Origin: an uncultured Thermodesulfobacteriota bacterium
GTDB taxonomy: Bacteria; Desulfobacterota; DSWW01
Reading direction: 5' to 3'
DNA length: 64,000 bases
Assembly (NCBI GenBank): GCA_964384945.1
Contig: CAYLMK010000004.1
Coordinates: 264,109-328,108, forward strand
Positions 59,233-64,000 of this stretch are shown here, piece by piece. Each line of letters begins with the position of its first letter. Within the stretch, counting starts at the first letter, position 1. The notes beneath the pieces were generated by a model. That model ran no database searches. It saw only the letters and a program-made list of their open reading frames with translations, and was not told where the DNA came from. The position numbers and the translations under genes were made by a program.

Positions 59233-59949
59233 CTACAGTGGGACGGATGCGGGGCCCGACCCCTGACCCCTGACCCCTGAGCCCTCGAGAAGCTGAATCA
59301 CCTCTTCGTCGCTCAGGTCGTACCATTCCTCGTATGCGTCGGCAACGGCGAAAACGGGTCCTCCCCGGACGTTCGGGCAGACGAGCACATCGGCAACAGG
59401 CTGCAGGAGGGTGACCGTACGCTGAGAGGCCGTGGGTACGGCCACAAGGACACGGCTCGCCTCTTTCTGCCTCACGAATTCAACGGCGGCCATCATGGTA
59501 TAGCCCGATGCAAGCCCGTCGTCCACAAGGATGACCTGACGGCCCCTCAACTCGGGCAGGGGCCTGCCTCTTCGATAGACCCTTTGCCGGGACTCCAGGA
59601 CGCGCATGGTTTCCGCAACCTGCGCCTGGATCTCCTTCTGGCTCAGGCCGAGATCGTCAACGATCCGGTCGTTCAGGAGCACCTTTCCGTCCGGCCCGAT
59701 CGCGCCGAAGCCGGCCTCCGGGTTGTTCGGGATTTGGATCTTTCGAACGATCAGCACGTCCAGGAGCAGACGGTGCGAATTCGCCACCGCCCGGGCCACC
59801 GGCACGCCCCCGGCCGGGATCGCCAGGACCAGGCCCTCCGGATCCACAAGACCTTCCAGCATGGAGGCAAGCCTTTTCCCGGCATCTTCGCGGTCTGCGA
59901 AGACCCGTTTCTTGCCTCTCAGCTCAGAATCCTCGATCAGGTTGTCCAT
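59233..59949 (-). CDS. Phosphoribosyltransferase-domain protein (type I PRTase fold)
   Basis: PRPP-binding loop QVILVDDGLASGYTMMAAV. The last 10 codons (GVRGQGSGPA) are encoded by the GGGGTCA heptamer repeat. The internal ATG at 59949 was chosen because the ORF-track start is GTG with no RBS. Confidence 0.7.
   Translation of the reverse strand: MDNLIEDSELRGKKRVFADREDAGKRLASMLEGLVDPEGLVLAIPAGGVPVARAVANSHRLLLDVLIVRKIQIPNNPEAGFGAIGPDGKVLLNDRIVDDLGLSQKEIQAQVAETMRVLESRQRVYRRGRPLPELRGRQVILVDDGLASGYTMMAAVEFVRQKEASRVLVAVPTASQRTVTLLQPVADVLVCPNVRGGPVFAVADAYEEWYDLSDEEVIQLLEGSGVRGQGSGPASVPL
59256..59285. repeat. Tandem heptamer repeat cccgacc cctgacc cctgacc cctgagc (GGGGTCA on the minus strand)
   Basis: Third locus of the heptamer family. 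Overlaps the 3' coding end of the PRTase gene. Confidence 0.6.
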
Positions 59950-59992
59950 GGGGGCAGCCTGTGCTGGGGTCGTTCTCCTCCGGATGGGCCCC

Positions 59993-61390
59993 TCATTCCT
60001 GGACCGCCGGAAGGGCACGGAAGGCGCCGTTCGGCAGACGCCTCAGGTGGAATTCCGCTCCGCAGACGGGACAAGTAAGGGTCGTTCCCTCTTCGTAATC
60101 CTCTTCGATCTGCATCCTGAACTTGCAGATCGGGCAGAGGGCCGCCCTCGCGCTCGATGGCTGCAGACGCGGCAGGAACATCTGGTCGAGAACCTTCCGG
60201 TCGCATCGGTCCTGCGTCAGGCCTCTTCGAATCCAGGCCTCAACGGCACCGGCTTCCGTCACGTCTCCCATAAAGACCGCGCCGACCGCCCTGCGATCCT
60301 TGTATACGATCTTCTTGTAAATGTAAGGCAACTCCTCATAGGGATAACCTCCCGACTCTTCTCGGATATCGTCGCCCTTGGCGTCGCTGAGCCCGAGGCA
60401 GACCACATCCAGGTCCAGGACCTTGGCCCGCAAGCAGGGAAATCCATCGTAGGCGGCTGCCTGGCCCGCCATGCTCAGGCCGGCCACATTTCCCTGTCTC
60501 CAGGCACTGACCCACCCCGGCTGCGGAAGGACCGCGCCCGTGTGGACCGCCGGCATCGCAGCGACATCGCCCGCGGCGAACAGGTTCTCGCGGCTCGTCC
60601 GAAGGGACCGATCGACCCGAAGGTCGCCCCGGCCGACCAGTTCCGCGTCCTTGACATAATCGAGCCTCGGTTTCTGCGGGGCGGCCACCACGAGAAGGTC
60701 TGCAGGGAGCTTCTCCCCGCTCCCGAGGAGGACCCCCTTGAGTTCCCCGTTCTCCCGGACGAGATCCTCTATTTCCATCTTCCGGATCAGGGTCACGCCT
60801 TCCTGCTTCAACCGATCCTCCACGATACCCGAGGCTGTCGGGTCCAGGATGCCCTGCCAGAACCTCTCCTGGGGCAGGACCAGGGAGCAGTCGATCCCTC
60901 GCCCCCGAAGCCCGCGGACGGCACTGATCGCCTGAAGGCTCGCTCCGTAAATCACGGCCTTGCGGGCAGAGCCGAGCAGGGAAGTCATGTAAAGCGCATC
61001 GGGCAGGGTGTCCAGGTAGACGACCCCCCGGCCCTTGCCGTCGTCTGCGGGAATCCTTTCGGTTCGCGTGCCCGAGGCGATGAGCGCCTTGTCGAAAGGC
61101 AGGCGTTCCCCTCCCCTGAGGACGACCTGCCCGGCCTTGGGGTCGACCGAGGCTGCCTGGGTTCCGGAGAGGATTCTCACACCGAGACGGGAAAGCCTTT
61201 TTCTGTCCTGGGTAAGGATCTGCCCCGGACCGACCTTGCCTGCCAGAAGATCGCCCAGCATCGGCCTGTAATAGAACGATTCCTCCTGCTCTTCCACGAT
61301 GACGACCTCGGACCCTTTGGATCGCTTCCGGATGACCTCCGCCGCCCTCCTGCCCGCAACGCCTCCTCCCAGAATGACATACTGACTCAT
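59993..61390 (-). CDS. FAD-dependent pyridine nucleotide-disulfide oxidoreductase with C-terminal zinc-ribbon
   Basis: RBS GAGAGGA upstream of the ATG at 61390. Motifs VILGGGVAGRRAA, LFAAGDVA and C-terminal CPICKF...CPVCGAEF. Confidence 0.8.
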   Translation of the reverse strand: MSQYVILGGGVAGRRAAEVIRKRSKGSEVVIVEEQEESFYYRPMLGDLLAGKVGPGQILTQDRKRLSRLGVRILSGTQAASVDPKAGQVVLRGGERLPFDKALIASGTRTERIPADDGKGRGVVYLDTLPDALYMTSLLGSARKAVIYGASLQAISAVRGLRGRGIDCSLVLPQERFWQGILDPTASGIVEDRLKQEGVTLIRKMEIEDLVRENGELKGVLLGSGEKLPADLLVVAAPQKPRLDYVKDAELVGRGDLRVDRSLRTSRENLFAAGDVAAMPAVHTGAVLPQPGWVSAWRQGNVAGLSMAGQAAAYDGFPCLRAKVLDLDVVCLGLSDAKGDDIREESGGYPYEELPYIYKKIVYKDRRAVGAVFMGDVTEAGAVEAWIRRGLTQDRCDRKVLDQMFLPRLQPSSARAALCPICKFRMQIEEDYEEGTTLTCPVCGAEFHLRRLPNGAFRALPAVQE

Positions 61391-61461
61391 AACGGGTTGT
61401 CCTCTCTGTCTTTTCTGATTGAGTAACCGATTCCCCGCGCGCCGACGGAGAAATGGCCCGG

Positions 61462-62055
61462 CTAACCCTTCGGCCGGGCGGGCCATGCCGAGACGAAGTT
61501 CAAGCCGGCCTCGAAACATTCCCTCATGGCTGTCGGATGCCTTCGGATGGCCCCCTTGTCATCCACCTGCCCGTAAAGAAGGCTTCCGGCGAATTCGGCA
61601 TCGATGGCGTCGTAAAAATATCGTATCGTCTGCAGGGTCCCCTCGAACAAGCGCTTGCCCCGGGTCGCTCCGACGCTTATGAAGAACCCCCTGCGAACCG
61701 GCATCGACCGACGCCCGGCCTCCGCCTCGCTGCGAAGAACGTACTTGCGGGTCCAGAGTGCCTGCGCCCGGTCGATGACAGCCTTGGCCTGGGCAGGGAC
61801 ATTGTAAAAGTAGATGGGAGCCGAGAGCACGACACCTCCGCTCCTTTCCAGGGCACCGTAGACGGCCTGCATGTCGTCCTCCACCACGCAGCGACCCGTC
61901 TTTTCGCAGCCGCCGCAGCCCTTACAGCCTCCAACCTGCAGCCGGGAGAGCCGGATTCGCTCGCACGTCCCGCCGGCCTCCTCACATCCGCGAAGAAACT
62001 CCTCCAGGAGGATGTCCGTGTTGCCCCCCTTTCGGGGGCTCCCGAACAGGCCCAA
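61462..62055 (-). CDS. Iron-sulfur flavoprotein (Isf; NADPH-dependent FMN reductase fold with compact Cys cluster)
   Basis: TTG start preceded by AGGAGG 5 nt upstream. Motif GSPRKGGNT. Cys motif CKGCGGCEKTGRC. Confidence 0.75.
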   Translation of the reverse strand: MGLFGSPRKGGNTDILLEEFLRGCEEAGGTCERIRLSRLQVGGCKGCGGCEKTGRCVVEDDMQAVYGALERSGGVVLSAPIYFYNVPAQAKAVIDRAQALWTRKYVLRSEAEAGRRSMPVRRGFFISVGATRGKRLFEGTLQTIRYFYDAIDAEFAGSLLYGQVDDKGAIRRHPTAMRECFEAGLNFVSAWPARPKG

Positions 62056-62091
62056 GACCCTCCTGGCAGAAGGATTTGACCGGGGAATGGC

Positions 62092-62550
62092 TCAGTCCTC
62101 CTTGTATACGACCTCATCGTATTCCCGCTCGAGCTTGAGCTTGTGGTAAGCCTCTTCCTGAGCGAGCACATCGAAGATCTTCTTGATGGCGGGAATGGTT
62201 GCGTAAATGCGGGCAAGATCCGTGTACAGATCAAAGGCCGCCTTTTCCCGCTTCGCGGCAAACAACAGGATGTCCTGATAGGCAGCGTCGGGGGAGAGCT
62301 CCACGTCGACCAGATAATCCGCAATCTTCAGGTCTTCCGGGGGATGGATCTTCTGCGACGTGAAATAAGACATGTCAAGCTTCTCGAGCTTGGTCTTGTG
62401 CCCCTTCTCCATGTCCGCAAGTTCCTTGAATAGGATCTTGCCCGAGGGGCTCTGCGCACGGCCGGCCAGACCGCTGTAGAGTTCGAAGGCCTCCTGCTCC
62501 TTATCGATTGCAAAGGCGATGATCTCGTTGTAGGTACTCATGACACCCAT
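62092..62550 (-). CDS. Rubrerythrin-like ferritin-fold protein (no rubredoxin domain)
   Basis: RBS AAGGAGG upstream. Two ExxH-type diiron helices (EQEAFELY...EKGHKTKLEKL, AAKREKAAFDLY...EEAYHKLKLE). Confidence 0.65.
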   Translation of the reverse strand: MGVMSTYNEIIAFAIDKEQEAFELYSGLAGRAQSPSGKILFKELADMEKGHKTKLEKLDMSYFTSQKIHPPEDLKIADYLVDVELSPDAAYQDILLFAAKREKAAFDLYTDLARIYATIPAIKKIFDVLAQEEAYHKLKLEREYDEVVYKED

Positions 62551-62576
62551 CGTTCTCCACCCTCCTTTCGACGAGA

Positions 62577-63959
62577 TTAGATGCGGTGGGTCCGCTTCAA
62601 GATTTCACCCACGAGATAGAAGGATCCGCAGCCAAGGATACAATCCTGCTCACCGCATCTGCGATGCGCATCCTCCAGTGCCTCCGCCACGCTCCGGGTC
62701 ACCCGGCAATCGGCTTCGGGAGCCACGTCCTTCAGGATGCCCCTGAGCCTCTCTGGCTCCTCGATTCGAGGAAAATCGAACCTCGTAAAGGTCCACCGCT
62801 TGACCACGGGCGCGAGAAGGGAAAGCATCTCCCTGGCGGCCTTGTCCTTCGAACAGGCGAACACGACATGAAGATCCCGGTAGCGGATCCCTTCCTGAAC
62901 CGTCTTGAGCAGCACCTCCACCGAAACGGGGTTGTGGGCTCCATCCACGACGAACAGGGGCGCCTCGGAAAGCACCTCGATCCTTCCGGGCAGACGCGTT
63001 CGGCCCAAGGCTTCCCGTACGAGTTCAGGGGAAAGGGAAGCATCCGCCGCCCGCCGCAGGAAGACCTCGGCCGCGGCAACGGCTGCCGCCGCATTCGTCC
63101 GCTGGTGCCGGCCGAGGACGGAAAGCCGAAGTCCCGTGTAATGCCCTTGGGCCGTTCGCACCGAGAAAGCGGCGTCGCCATTCTCCTCTGCCTCGATCTT
63201 GATGTCTTCGCCGACCCAGGCAAGCGGGGAGCCGGTCTCGAGGCATCTTTGCTCCAGGACGCGCCTCGCCTCGGGCGCCTGCGGATGGGCAATGACCTGC
63301 CGGGAAGGCTTGATGATCCCCGCCTTTTCCGAAGCAATGCTCTCCAGCGTGTCACCCAGCTTCTCCATGTGGTCCATGCCGATTCTCGTCACGATGCAGA
63401 CGTCGGGCAAGAAGACGTTCGTCGAGTCCAGCCTGCCTCCGAGGCCCACCTCCAGAACCGCCGCCTGTACACCGCGGGAGCGGAAATGCAGAAAACCGAC
63501 GGTGGTGATGATGTCAAAAAAGGTCGGGGGCATGGACGAATTCCTCAGCCGCACCAAAGAGGGGCGGAGGAAATTCATCCAACCCAGGAACTCCTCGGGT
63601 TTCAGGGGCTCGCCTGATACCTGGATGCGTTCTTCCTTGGCCACCAGATGAGGAGAGGTGAACAGGCCCGTGGTCAGGCCGTGGGCCCGCAGGATGGATT
63701 CCAGGAAAAGCGCGGTGGACCCCTTTCCCTTCGTTCCGGCGATGTGGACCCCCCTAAGGTCGAGATGAGGGTTTCCCACGCACGCAAGAAGCCCTTCGAT
63801 TCGACGGAGATCGAACAGATCTTCGGGGTACTCCAGCCCCCGTTCCATCCGTTCGTAATCCGTGAAGGTATTCAGGTAGTCTTCTGCATCCTGGTAGGTT
63901 TCGAACCGCTCCTCCGAAGTGGAGCTTCCGATGGGCGAGGCATGCGTCGGCGTTGGCAT
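62577..63959 (-). CDS. folC: Bifunctional folylpolyglutamate synthase/dihydrofolate synthase
   Basis: P-loop IAGTKGKGST. Also TSPHL and GMDHMEKLG. The start is uncertain: the ATG at 63959 has a weak RBS. Confidence 0.85.
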   Translation of the reverse strand: MPTPTHASPIGSSTSEERFETYQDAEDYLNTFTDYERMERGLEYPEDLFDLRRIEGLLACVGNPHLDLRGVHIAGTKGKGSTALFLESILRAHGLTTGLFTSPHLVAKEERIQVSGEPLKPEEFLGWMNFLRPSLVRLRNSSMPPTFFDIITTVGFLHFRSRGVQAAVLEVGLGGRLDSTNVFLPDVCIVTRIGMDHMEKLGDTLESIASEKAGIIKPSRQVIAHPQAPEARRVLEQRCLETGSPLAWVGEDIKIEAEENGDAAFSVRTAQGHYTGLRLSVLGRHQRTNAAAAVAAAEVFLRRAADASLSPELVREALGRTRLPGRIEVLSEAPLFVVDGAHNPVSVEVLLKTVQEGIRYRDLHVVFACSKDKAAREMLSLLAPVVKRWTFTRFDFPRIEEPERLRGILKDVAPEADCRVTRSVAEALEDAHRRCGEQDCILGCGSFYLVGEILKRTHRI

Positions 63960-64000
63960 TTCACAATCGATTCAGAGGGCCTGTCGCGTTCGATCCTTGC

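Overview
High-GC (~65%) contig from an anaerobic Desulfobacterota-type (deltaproteobacterial, probably syntroph-like) genome. Coding density is high and the window holds roughly 50 genes. All gene identities come from reading motifs in the supplied translations, not from database searches. Internal start codons were placed by arithmetic from the ORF-track ends and then spot-checked against the sequence.

The main item is a roughly 14.5 kb, 12-gene minus-strand operon (18550 down to 3414). In transcription order it encodes a MerR regulator, a Tat-exported Rieske 2Fe-2S protein, a 2x[4Fe-4S] ferredoxin, a Tat-exported type II DMSO-reductase-family molybdoenzyme (alpha, EbdC-like heme-b gamma, NarH-like beta, TorD-like chaperone), a split cytochrome b, an octaheme cytochrome c, a 1064-aa lipoprotein with two parallel beta-helix domains, and a HAD phosphatase. 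Several stop/start pairs overlap as ATGA, which indicates translational coupling. A periplasmic NarG/EbdA-like molybdoenzyme wired in a single operon to its own Rieske/cytochrome b/multiheme module is unusual, and its substrate is unknown.

The rest of the window contains:
- sdhCAB preceded by an orphan Mu GemA-like gene;
- a PFL2/glycerol-dehydratase-type glycyl radical enzyme with no adjacent activase, next to a FadL/TodX porin and a long-chain acyl-CoA ligase;
- the syntroph-type EtfAB plus membrane FeS-oxidoreductase module with a TetR regulator and palindromic operator;
- ileS-lspA and a CIRCE-controlled groES-groEL;
- a corrinoid/MtaA-like methyltransferase fusion lacking the DxHxxG histidine ligand;
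- fhs, folK, folC, plant-type gshA, and a redox-stress cluster.

A dispersed tandem heptamer repeat (GGGGTCA, with G-quadruplex potential) occurs at three gene 3' ends. One copy supplies the C-terminal codons of a gene.
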